Of a stretch of 64,000 bases of DNA, positions 10,502 through 20,960 are shown in pieces. Source of the stretch: Caecitellus pseudoparvulus (lineage: Eukaryota > Protista > Bigyra: Bicosoecida); contig CBFFRQ010000030.1 in NCBI GenBank assembly GCA_965644315.1, positions 186,001 through 250,000 on the forward strand. The letters are read 5' to 3'. Both the position numbers and the translations under genes were made by a program. The notes below the pieces were generated by a model. It made no database searches, was not told the DNA's origin, and saw only the letters and a list, made by a program, of their open reading frames with translations. Every line of letters starts with the position of its first letter. The first letter of the stretch is position 1.

Positions 10502-11005
10502 TCAGCCCAGCAAAGAGCCCTGAGACTGCGAAATGATCTGAAAGATCGCTGTGGAAGGGCGAGGGAGCAGCGGACAATGACACCAGCCCCTGCACGCCAG
10601 CCGCGCGTCATGGAGACACGCACCAGAGCCAATGACCAAGAAAATGAACAAGCCGACAAGGTAAGGGCTCAGAGTGGGTCCGCTCTCCTCTTCCTTGGCC
10701 TGCACAGACCGTGCAGGGCAAGCGGGCTGGTCTGGGCGTGGCAACACGTGTTGGTGCACTGCCCCACGCACCGCCTTCTTGTTTGTGGCGCTGCCAGTGC
10801 CTCGCTTCGTGATGTTGGCATCGAACTTGTCCCCCTTGATCTTCCTGGACCGGGGAACCCCTGGCTTGTTTCGCTCATGGCTGGGCTTCACCTTTCGCTT
10901 CAAGCCTCCCTTGCCACTCGTGGGAGCTGTGTACACCTGGCTACGAGCATTGGGCTGCGTCTGCTTTGTGGCGGCAGCGGCCGCTGGCTGGTCAGAGTCA
11001 GACAT
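10502..11005 (-). CDS. RAMP4/SERP1 ribosome-associated ER membrane protein with an N-terminal extension, 3 exons
   Basis: KFDANITKRG...GPTLSPYLVGLFIFLVIGS/AIFQII after removing two short GTGCG..CAG introns. Confidence 0.8.
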   Translation of the reverse strand: MSDSDQPAAAAATKQTQPNARSQVYTAPTSGKGGLKRKVKPSHERNKPGVPRSRKIKGDKFDANITKRGTGSATNKKAVRGAVHQHVLPRPDQPACPARSVQAKEEESGPTLSPYLVGLFIFLVIGSGACLHDARLACRGWCHCPLLPRPSTAIFQIISQSQGSLLG

Positions 11006-11486
11006 GGTGAATGAGTCGATGCATGAGTGTATGAAAACAACGCCAGGGTGTCGCGTCATGTGTTGAATTGTGCATGCAGGCGGGATACTGGCTTGGTGCT
11101 ACCTCAGTCTCGAGCCGGCTGACATTTCATGTGTCGATAGGAAGCCGCGACTCGCGCGCACCGCCCAGCTTGCAGGTGACTGGACCCCCAGCTTGCTGCC
11201 CGGATTTGCTTGATGCCCCCAACACCCAGGCGTCTAGCCCGCTGCGCTGGTGCCTGAGACCTGCATGGCCAGCTGGGCAGCCGTGAGACAGCTGCAAGTG
11301 CAGAGCTCCCTTGTCAGAGCAGCACAGGTACCGGTTCCCGGGTACTGCAAGCCACCACAGGCCAGCATGCATTGGCCCGTTTGGGGGACTGCGATGAGTG
11401 CCCTCCACGCCGCTTGGCTGCTGCTTCGCATGTGCTCCGCGGCATGCAAATGCAACGGAGCACGTTGAGCAGCACGAGCACTGCCC

Positions 11487-14400
11487 TCACAGCTGACTGA
11501 GCCAGCCATAGACCTCATCAGAAGGGATCATGTCGCCTGATTGACGCTGGTGTACGCAAGCTCGCAGCAGGACCAGCGCGGCTTCCCTCCGCCTGGCCTG
11601 GTACAACCTGGCTTGCTCTGCCTTCTCATGTGCCGCTTCCAGCACTGGCATGATGTGGGTGCCCACCAGAGCCCCCCAGGCCTCTTCACACACCCCGTCA
11701 GGCCACTCGAAGCTTCCGCTGTCCAGGTCCTCGATCAGATGTGGCAGCGCTGTCTCCAGACATCGCCGCCAGAAGTCTTCGTACCGCTTCAGTGACTGTG
11801 CGTCACCCTCAGGCTGAGCCAGCACGGCAAAGGTCTCTTGGACCAGGGCAGGAGTGACCAGTGCCAGAATTGTGTCGCTGTCAGGAACAAGCTGTGAAGG
11901 ACAGCGGGGAGTGGGGAGTGTGTGAGGGGCTGTGGCGAAGGTGCGAGGCACGGCAAGGTCGTGCGTTCGGAGTGGACGGTTCAAGAACCACCCACACGCA
12001 CCCTCATCTGCCGAAAGCCTCGGCTCACAGCTTTGGTGGCGAGCGGGCTGCACGAGCTCGCGTGCAGGTGCTTGAATGCTTCCTTTGCCTTGCGTCGCGT
12101 GTCCTGGTCCATGGCGTGGAAGCCCTTGTCCGGGCGAATCCTGGAGGCTTCCACCGCACGAGCCTGGCCCGCGGCGTACAGCAAACCGCGGACTGGGGGC
12201 ATGATGCAGTCAGTGAGGAAGGCATGCCACGCCTCCTGGCCCACCCCTTTTGGCTGTGCCCACGTCCCTCCGCACAGCCTGCGCAGAAGCGTGCCGGGCT
12301 TGCGCTGCACGACATCTTCCCAGAAAGCCCCAAGCCGCTCAAGTGACGGCGCCGCCATGGGGGGCTGTGCAAGTACAGCTGAGGACTGCATCACAAGTTC
12401 GAGGGTAAGCAGAGCGTTCACTGTCTCCCCTTGGATGCGAGACTGCAAAGCGAGGGCAGGGGATCAGTGTTTCTCTCACACGCACCAGGCGCAGGCCGCC
12501 ACCTTGCGCACGGGCAAAGGAAAACCTACCCTGCGCATGGCCATGGCAAACGAGTACAACACAACAGTGATGATGTCTGGGTTGACTTTCGCTTCTTCGA
12601 GCGCGGATATCACGCCCCGAATCTCAGGCTGCAGGGTATCCTTCAGCTTGCCTTCGGCATCACGCAGGTCCTGCTGGACTTTCAGTTCCATGCGCGCCAA
12701 CGTGCTCGTATAAGAGGCGGTTTTCAAGGCTGGCAACATATGGGTGCCCACCAGAGCCCCCCAGGCCTCCTCGCACACCCCGTCAGGCCGCTCGAAGCTC
12801 CCGCTGTCCAGGTCCTCGATCAGATGTGGCAGCACGGTCCGCAGACACCGCCACCAGAAGTCCTCGTACCGCTTCAGTGACTGGACGTCACCCTGAGGCT
12901 GAGCCAGCACGGCAAAGGTCTCTTGGACCAGGGCAGGTGTGACCAGCGCCAGAAGAGTGCCTCCGTTCCTGTCAAGCTGTGAGGGGCAGCGGGTAGTGGG
13001 GGGCGTGTGAGTGGCAGTGGCAAGGCCATGAGTTCGTGGTGAGGAGGGCGAGGTCTTAACGCACAGGCCATTGAAACATTGTGTGCTTGACAACAATGAC
13101 GGCGTCGGGGTGGCACGTGGAGGCGTCCAGGGCTTCGAAGGCCTCCTCGGCCTTGCTTCGCGTAGACTGATCCAGACGATCCAGCGTCAAACTGAACCTG
13201 GCGCCCACTCGCTCAGTCATGGCGTGCAGTGTATGCTGGTACAGCGCCTCTCGCACGTGCTTCTTCACGAACATGTCCCAGTCCTCCTGAGACACCCCAT
13301 CAGGCTTGGCAAGGCTCCCCTCAGACAGTTGTTGCTGCAGGGTGTCCAGCGGCCAGCTCGTGAAGGATCGCCAGTATGCCTCGAACCGCCGCAGTGATGG
13401 TGCGTCCCCTCCAGGCTGTGCCAGCAAGCGGAAGGCCTCCTCGACGACAGCAGGGCTGGCCAGAGCTATGACAGTGTCCACGCGGTAGGAGGGGGTCTGT
13501 GGTGCAGCAGCGTGGGCTCAGTGCGGGGCGTGCGCGGGTGTGCGGGGACGGGTGGCAGTGCACGCACCTGCACAAACGCGTCCTTCACGGCGATGACGGC
13601 GTCGGGGTGGCACGTGGAGGCGTCCAGGGCCTCGAAGGCCTCCTCGGCCTTGCTTCGCGTAGACTGATCCAGACGATCCAGCGTCAAACTGAACCTGGCG
13701 CCCACTCGCTCAGTCATGGCGTGCAGTGTATGCTGGTACAGCGCCTCTCGCACGTGCTTCTTCACGAACATGTCCCAGTCCTCCTGAGGCACCCCATCAG
13801 GCTTGGCAAGGCTCCCCTCAGACAGTTGTTGCTGCAGGGTGTCCAGCGGCCAGCTCGTGAAGGATCGCCAGTATGCCTCGAACCGCCGCAGTGATGGTGC
13901 GTCCCCTCCAGGCTGTGCCAGCAAGCGGAAGGCCTCCTCGACGACAGCAGGGCTGGCCAGAGCTATGACAGTGTCCACGCGGTAGGAGGGGGTCTGTGGT
14001 GCAGCGGCGCGGGCTCAGTGCGGGGCGTGCGCGGGTGTGCGGGGACGGGTGGCAGTGCACGCACCTGCACAAACGCGTCCTTCACGGCGATGACGGCGTC
14101 GGGGTGGCACGTGGAGGCGTCCAGGGCTTCGAAGGCCTCCTCGGCCTTGCTTCGCGTAGACTGATCCAGACGATCCAGCGTCAAACTGAACCTGGCGCCC
14201 ACTCGCTCAGTCATGGCGTGCAGTGTATGCTGGTACAGCGCCTCTCGCACGTGCTTCTTCACGAACATGTCCCAGTCCTCCTGAGGCACCCCATCAGGCT
14301 TGGCAAGGCTCCCCTCAGACAGTTGTTGCTGCAGGGTGTCCAGCGGCCAGCTCGTGAAGGATCGCCAGTATGCCTCGAACCGCCGCAGTGATGGTGCGTC

Positions 14401-15402
14401 CCCTCCAGGCTGTGCCAGCAAGCGGAAGGCCTCCTCGACGACAGCAGGGCTGGCCAGAGCTATGACAGTGTCCACGCGGTAGGAGGGGGTCTGTGGTGCA
14501 GCAGCGTGGGCTCAGTGCGGGGCGTGCGCGGGTGTGCGGGGACGGGTGGCAGTGCACGCACCTGCACAAACGCGTCCTTCACGGCGATGACGGCGTCGGG
14601 GTGGCACGTGGAAGCCGACAGGGCGCCAAACACACGGCGAAGTTGGTCCTGTACGCGTGGCTCAAGCTGGCTGACTCGGTCCTCGAAGCGCTCACGAACC
14701 CTGGCCTCCATGACTTGTTTGTCGCACTCGTCGGCGAGCTCTGCGGCTTGCTTGTCCAGTACACCCACAATCAGGACTCGAAGTTGTTCATAATTATTGG
14801 CAGCTTCCAGCTTCATCGAATGGGCCCCATCGTGGGCTCCAATGAACTGCCTGAAAGGCTTTGGGAGCCAACGGGCACACTCTTGGATGAACGATTGGAA
14901 TGCGAGGTGAGGATTGGTGCTCGAAGGCGATGCACAGAAGGCTTCAAACAATGCGGTGAGTATGCTTGGTTCCAAGAGGAAGGAGAGGGTCTCCACTCGC
15001 GGAAAGCGCTGCAGGGTTGGAGAGGGTTGGCTTTCGTGCCTCATGCGCTGGGCAGCGGGCGTGGCTTGAGCGCTGTCTCACTGGGCAGCCCGCGATGGCG
15101 CGAATAGCAGCAGCGATGGCGTCAGGATCTTCACCACTGGACAGCAGGGTTTCAACGAACTGGGTGAGGGTGCCTTTTCGTGCGTCATCAGACCGCTTCC
15201 ACCAGCGATACTTCTCAAATTCCGCGACGGCGCCTGCAACGCTGATGTGGTGCGCGGGCACAGATTCAGCGGCTGCACCTGCGCGACAGGGACAATGATG
15301 GAAAAATTTTGGGTTTCTTTGTCAGACCACGGCGTCGCCCCCTCTTGGGGCGCGGAGAACGCTGTGCTCACCGCCTGCGTCGGAAGGCTGCTGCGTTGCC
15401 AT
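11487..15402 (-). CDS. Orphan modular helical repeat protein, 9 predicted exons (7 homologous ~140-aa exon modules)
   Basis: ATG at 15402 (MATQQPSDAG). GT-AG introns give one open frame to the stop at 11487. Exons 3-9 share a consensus of roughly (D/E)T..AL..P..V.E.F..LAQP.G...SL.R.E.FW...L..L..G....PDGV..E.W.. Confidence 0.7.
13096..14612. repeat. Tandem repeat, 497-bp unit x ~3.05 (71-nt intron + 426-nt exon)
   Basis: ATGACGGCGTCGGGGTGGCACGTGGA recurs at 13096, 13593, 14090 and 14587. The units differ at only a few bases. Confidence 0.97.
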
Positions 15403-15751
15403 GCTGCAGCTTTCATGTACTGCGCAGTCGCCTTGTCGCGCCGCGCGCTTGCAAAGCAGCCAAAGGAGTACCACAGTTGGAGAGTATAGGCTGCATTGCA
15501 TGCATCTGTCTGGCAGATGCGAGCTTGCTGGACAGCAAGTGTGATGTGGGCTGCGGTCCCATATTCTTCAGTCTGGCGGTGGTGCGAATGGCAGCAACCC
15601 ACTCGTTCACACCAGCCTTGGGGCTGGTTGCGGCCATAGCCTGTGGTTGCCTGCATTTCTACTGCATTTGACCCCCTGCTACCGCAGCAGCAGCCGCGTG
15701 CGTTCAGCAGGGCTCATGTCTGAGGACTGGTGCTTGCCGCGGCTTGAAGCC

Positions 15752-18570
15752 TCAGTGCTGCCGAGGCAACTTGGCAAGGCGAGGATTTCCCGTTCCAGCC
15801 CGTGCACGCTTTGATCCACCTGTCTGCTCGGAGGTCCGCCCTCGGCGAGTCACCACAATGCCCGACGACGTGGTGGTCGTCGTGGGAGCCTTGCCACCGC
15901 CGTCCTCCGTGAGCTGCACTGGGCGCCCCGCGAAGGACCTCCCCGGCAGCGCTATCGATGCCTGTCTCAGGGCAAGCGGCGATTTAAAGAACAGCTTGAC
16001 AGCACCATCGCGGTGGCCACACCCCTGCACCCCCAGCACCTGCCTTCCAGCACCTGGCGTGTGTGCGTTCAGGCCTGCCACTGCCCAGCTGAAGACAGCT
16101 TCCCACCGGACACGCGCTGGCAGTCCGTGCAGGTGGGTGTGGAATTCGGAGAGTTGCAGTTTGGGCGAGCTGCGGACGGAGAGGGCCAAGTCCTCGTCCA
16201 CAGGCAAGCCGTGCATGACTTCCTGTGCCTGTTGAGCGGCTGCAGGGGTTGAGAATGTGACCGACCCGCCGCTGGCCACCAGCTGCCCAGGCCCACGTTT
16301 CACCAGGGCACTCTCTGCACCCTCCACTCGATCTTGGAATGCACGCAGCAGGTCTTGGCGGCTCCAGGAGAGTGGGACACAGCCAACCAGCAGCGTGCGT
16401 GTGCCCGCAGGTTTTGCTTGGGGTCGCGGCTCAGCGTGTCCCCCGTCGCCTGCCATTTCTGTGCCAGTGGCTGACGGGGAAGCATCAGCAGAAGCAGTGG
16501 CGGGAGGTGCTTGTGCCTCCCCACGTCCCCTGTCCCCCGACGCGCCTTCTGCATCCGACTCGTCGTCGTCATCCAGCAGGTCACCGACATCCACAGGCAG
16601 TGAGGAAGGGCTGGCGGACTGGGCTGGTGCCACGACAGCAGCAGGCGCCACGGCCCTGCCTTGCTCCACTCGTGCTGGTGGACTTGGTTCTGGGAGTTTG
16701 CAGCCCGGGGGTGGTGGTCCGTCGTGTTCGGGCAGCTTGGGGCGCGCAGAAGGGGGTGCGGTGGCACCCGGCAGGGTCATGCCTCGCACATTGTACATGG
16801 CACGCAACATGTCCTGGTGCTCCTCAAAGTGCAAGTACAGCACGGGGGGGCCTTTGCCGCGGATGACCGTTGCGCTGCTGAGGGAGGGGTGCTCTGCTTC
16901 GAAGAACGAAAAGGCGTCCTCGTCGGACCACTGCAACGGGACCGGCTCGATGCGCAGGCGGAAGGTGTCGGGTCGCAGCGCAGGGGCACTCTCCCCTGGC
17001 CGGGTGGCGGGCCTCACCCGCAGTCTTCGCCCGTGCGCACGCGTGTAGTCTAGCCGCTGCACAGCGGCATCGGCTGCTGCTTGTTGTGAAAAACGCAGGA
17101 AACCAAACCCCTTGGACCTGCCTCGATCCATTTGCACGTGAGCAGAAGTGATGTCAGGGCACAGCGGCTTGAACGTCTCCAGGAGCGCCTGGTCGTCCAT
17201 GGACGGGTGCAAGCGCAAGACGCACACTGACGGCTCCAACTGCCGCGGTGCGCTCTGGGCAGGGTGCTGCTCAGGATGGCGAGGCTGGCGTTCCCCCCGC
17301 TCCTCCCACCTGCGCTGCGGAGGTGGGTGGTGTGAGTGGCGAGCAGCCTCTGCACTTGCGGCTTGGCCTGCACATGGCTCCACGACAAGGGGGGCAGGCC
17401 CCATGCGCAAGCCGGGCAAAAGACGCAAGGCATCTGCATGTGCTGCAGCATTCACCGTGCGCACGATGGCCACGGGCGGCGCGTCAGCGTCTCGCGGTAT
17501 CCAAACATTGTCCACACCCCCTGGAATACTCCGGTCCACAAACTCATACACTGCCTTCATTGTGACGCCAGAGGGTAAGTTGGACACCCGCAGCTCCAGA
17601 GACTGCTGGGCATCACGGGAGGGTGGCGTCCGCGGAGGGTTGCCAGACACCTGCACCACACTTCCTCCGACTCGCACCGGCGTGGGGTCTGCTAAGAAGG
17701 CAGCTGCCTCCCGCGCATCGGCAAGGCGTACTCTGGCGGTGGGCATGGGCGCTAAGTCAGCCCCACCTTCTCGGCGCACGCCAATGGCAACCATACTGCG
17801 CAGGCGCCGCTGCAGGGCGGCGAAGACGTCTCCCTCCAACGTACCCCGAGGCAGGCCGGCCAGGAACACATCTTTGCCTGCAGGGACGTCCCCTGCAGTC
17901 ATACGGAGCAGCAGGGGTGACCCCTGGAAGGGCGTTCCTGTGAGCTGTGACACCGCCTTCACAGCGCTGACAAAGTCAGGCATCGTGACAACCAGGCGCG
18001 TTGGCCCTGCTGCCGCAACATGTGTGAGGCGGTGGCCCTGTGACTCCATCCAAAGCCCCAACTCCCGCTCCTGCACGCGAGGCTTCAGGTTCATCGCCCA
18101 CACCTTCACACCCTGCTCTTGCTCTGACTGGTGGCGCCTTGGGTGGGGTCTTGCGCCCACCGCGCCCTCCCCGCCATGCTGTGCCCCTCCTGGCCTCCGA
18201 GGCGTCCCGCCCCACCGCCTGTCTGCGCCGCCCTGCCTGCCACGTGAGCCAATACCCTGTCTGCGTTCCTGCCTGACATGGTGGTGTGCATCTGAATCTG
18301 CAATGCCAACGGAGTCTAGAGTGGGCTCGCTGGTCACACCCAACACCACGCCAGCGCAACTGTCAACCCACCGACACCCCGCAAGCCCTCACGTGTTGCA
18401 GCCTGGCTTCCAGACACCTGAACCGGCTCCACTGATCCAAAGGTAGCCTTCATGTACTCTGGATCGGGGACCCACTCCTGCCCATCCCAAAGCCAGCCGT
18501 TCGCACGGAGTGGCGCCTCCCCAACTTCCGCACCGCCTGCGCCAGACTGTGAATGCTTGCCCTGATCCAT
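15752..18570 (-). CDS. Multi-RRM RNA-binding protein, 2 exons
   Basis: Canonical RNP1 RSKGFGFLRF plus several degenerate RRMs (VWAMNL, VFLAGLP, LRVSNLP, LRIEPVP, LLVGCVP, LHGLP). Exon 1 (MDQGKH...) is joined via intron 18298-18392. Confidence 0.8.
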
Positions 18571-20373
18571 TGGGGAAAGAGACACGTGCCAAGCGTTTTC
18601 CTTGAATGCTTAGCGAAAATCCCAACCTGAGGGTGCTCCAGGTCGGCTTCGAAGTTGAGAGCAGTGCTCGCGCCAGCTGGCTCTGCTTTCGCTGCGGACC
18701 AACGTGACTTGCCTTCACTGCATTGGCAAATGCAGCAACGCACAAGCGCAGGAGAGGGGCTTTTTGTTTATATTTGATGTGTGTTTTTAGCCAGAACATG
18801 TTCAGTGCTTCCGGCACCGGGAGGGGCGCGACAAAAAGGCACGAGTCGACGCAGTCTGCCACAGAGGCGTCATGGGCTGTACTTGCAGACCCCGCTCACA
18901 ATGTGTATTAGGACGCAAACTGGTGAAGACCAGTTGCACTCCAAGTACTCCCAAGGTACATATTTCACTTCTGATTGTCATGAATGGGCAATGAGTGGCT
19001 TCGTTATCTGACAAAGTAGCTGGGAAGTTCCTCCTCAGCTGCGGAAATTACTTGGTTTTGCAGGCTGAGAACGTGCAGGGTTGCCGTACGCAGCACAGCA
19101 CGCAAGGTGAAGTTTGTCAAAGGGAGGCGGAAAAGGGTGGGCGCAGAAGGATTAGAACGGTGATGGGCTGCCTAGCTTCGTTTGAAGGCTTTAGTGGCCG
19201 AGATTGGTGCGCAGCGATCAACGCCAGAAAGCTCGCCGTCGTACAGCAAAGACCCGAGGATTCTTACCCCCGGGCAACGGACAGCGCCTCGACTTCACGC
19301 GTGCCTGAGGCCAAATGAACATTGCCGTGGCTTCTTGGCGGTGCGGTATGACCACAAACTGTTGAGGGGCAGGTCTCTTTTGCGGAGTATTGTGTCATCT
19401 TGCTTCTGCCTTGGAGGGCTGCTCAGAGCAAGGGTGAGGGCCACAGACAGCCCTGTTGTTGCCTTGGCACACACCAAATGCTTGTTGGGCACTCTGCTGC
19501 GTACCCTGCCCGGACGACAGAGAGGGAGCGGCAGGCAGAAGTGTGTCAGGCTCCCCCCCCTCACCAGCCCCCCGTCACCGACCCTTCGAAGGTGGCAACT
19601 TTTGCGCGAACGCCTGTCAACTGTGAGTGATTTTTCAAAGTGACGGGGACGGCCAGGAAAAGCATGCAAACGGTTCTGTTAGGTGGCTGGGGGTGGCTGG
19701 TGGGGATTGTGGCGCGCCGCGGTGGCGTGCGGGCAGTGGGGAGGCGGCCGTGTGGTGGAGAGGGGGCTGTTGGTTCGCACGGTTCGGCTGGCAAGCGCGT
19801 GCGCTGTGGGCTCAAAACTTAATATGACACAAAACTCAGATCAATTGCTGCAGTTACCTGTGGGTGCACCCTGTGGTCAGTGGCAGCGCGTGGGTCTAGC
19901 TGGTGGCGCGTGCAGGGCGTCGGCAGTGGAAGGTTGCAGGCTGCGGAAATTGACGCCGCCACCACGCCGGCCGGCAGGGGGATGTATACTCACGAAACGG
20001 CCTCCTCACGGCGCGTGAGGCAGGTTTGGCGATGCTACTTGGTACCATGACGCACTGGGTGGATTTTTGCGCCGTTTCATGTCGCCAACCTCCGGTGCCT
20101 CTGCCTCTGCCTCTGTGAGGTTGCAGCGAGTGTGGCGCGAGGCTCAGGCTCCCTCCTGAATGGACGGTGAGCGCCCTTCCTGGGTGCATGGGCTGATTCC
20201 CACGAACAGGTGAGGTGCACAGGGCACATAGGGGGGAGGGCGGTGCACTTACACCATCCACAACACAGTGCACTGCCCGTGCATGCCTGCCGGTGGAGTG
20301 CACTCCCAAGCCGTGCCGGACTGGAAGGGCGTCGCCTCGCTTGGGACTGCTCCTCAGCCACGGCACGCCACAG

Positions 20374-20960
20374 GTCATGAAGTGGCAGGGCAGCGTGCTG
20401 GACCACGTCTCGGCAGCACTTGGCGACGGGTGGAGGGGGGTGGACGCTCAGTGCGTGTGGGAGCGCGGCGCGCAGGTTGTGCTGTATGGTGGCATCAGCA
20501 CGCGCGCTGACCAGATGCAGACCCAAGGAGGGGAGGTGGATAGATCTGTGCACGAGACTGCGCTGACACGGCGAGGCCGCTGCGTTCTAACCCTGCTACA
20601 GACCTTCGTGGGAACCATCAGCTCCGAGGCGGGCGCCCAATCTGCGCCACGCCTGGCAGAGTCCGTGCTGGCCTTCGCAGACGCCGCGGTAGCCGGAGTC
20701 CTGCCTGAGTCGAGTCAGCTCTAGGCCGACTCAAGGGCCCTGACGCTGGTGAAGGCATTAAGGCGAGACATGCAGCGCGGAGAGGAAGCTGCGGTGAGCC
20801 GCTTGCCCCCTCAGGCTTTGTGCCGTCGCCACCTGAGGGATTTATACACAGCCTGGGGCACGTCACGCGGTGGTGGGCCGGGGTCCGGCTGTGCGGCAAC
20901 GGCGGCTTCCCCAGCCGCCCTGCCGGCACTAATCGCAGACGACGAGGGCCCCTCAGCGTG
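20374..20960 (+). pseudogene. Coding-like frame with an in-frame TAG inside the transposon
   Basis: GC3-rich frame VMKWQGSVLDHV..., with a 66-nt in-frame intron candidate 20536-20601 (CTAAC branch motif). TAG at 20722-20724, after which the same frame resumes (ADSRALTLVKALRRD...). Ends are uncertain. Confidence 0.35.

Noticed and set aside
13096-14612. CRISPR array, LTRs or satellite DNA
   Set aside because: There are no unique spacers. The unit is exactly one intron plus one in-frame exon of a protein gene.
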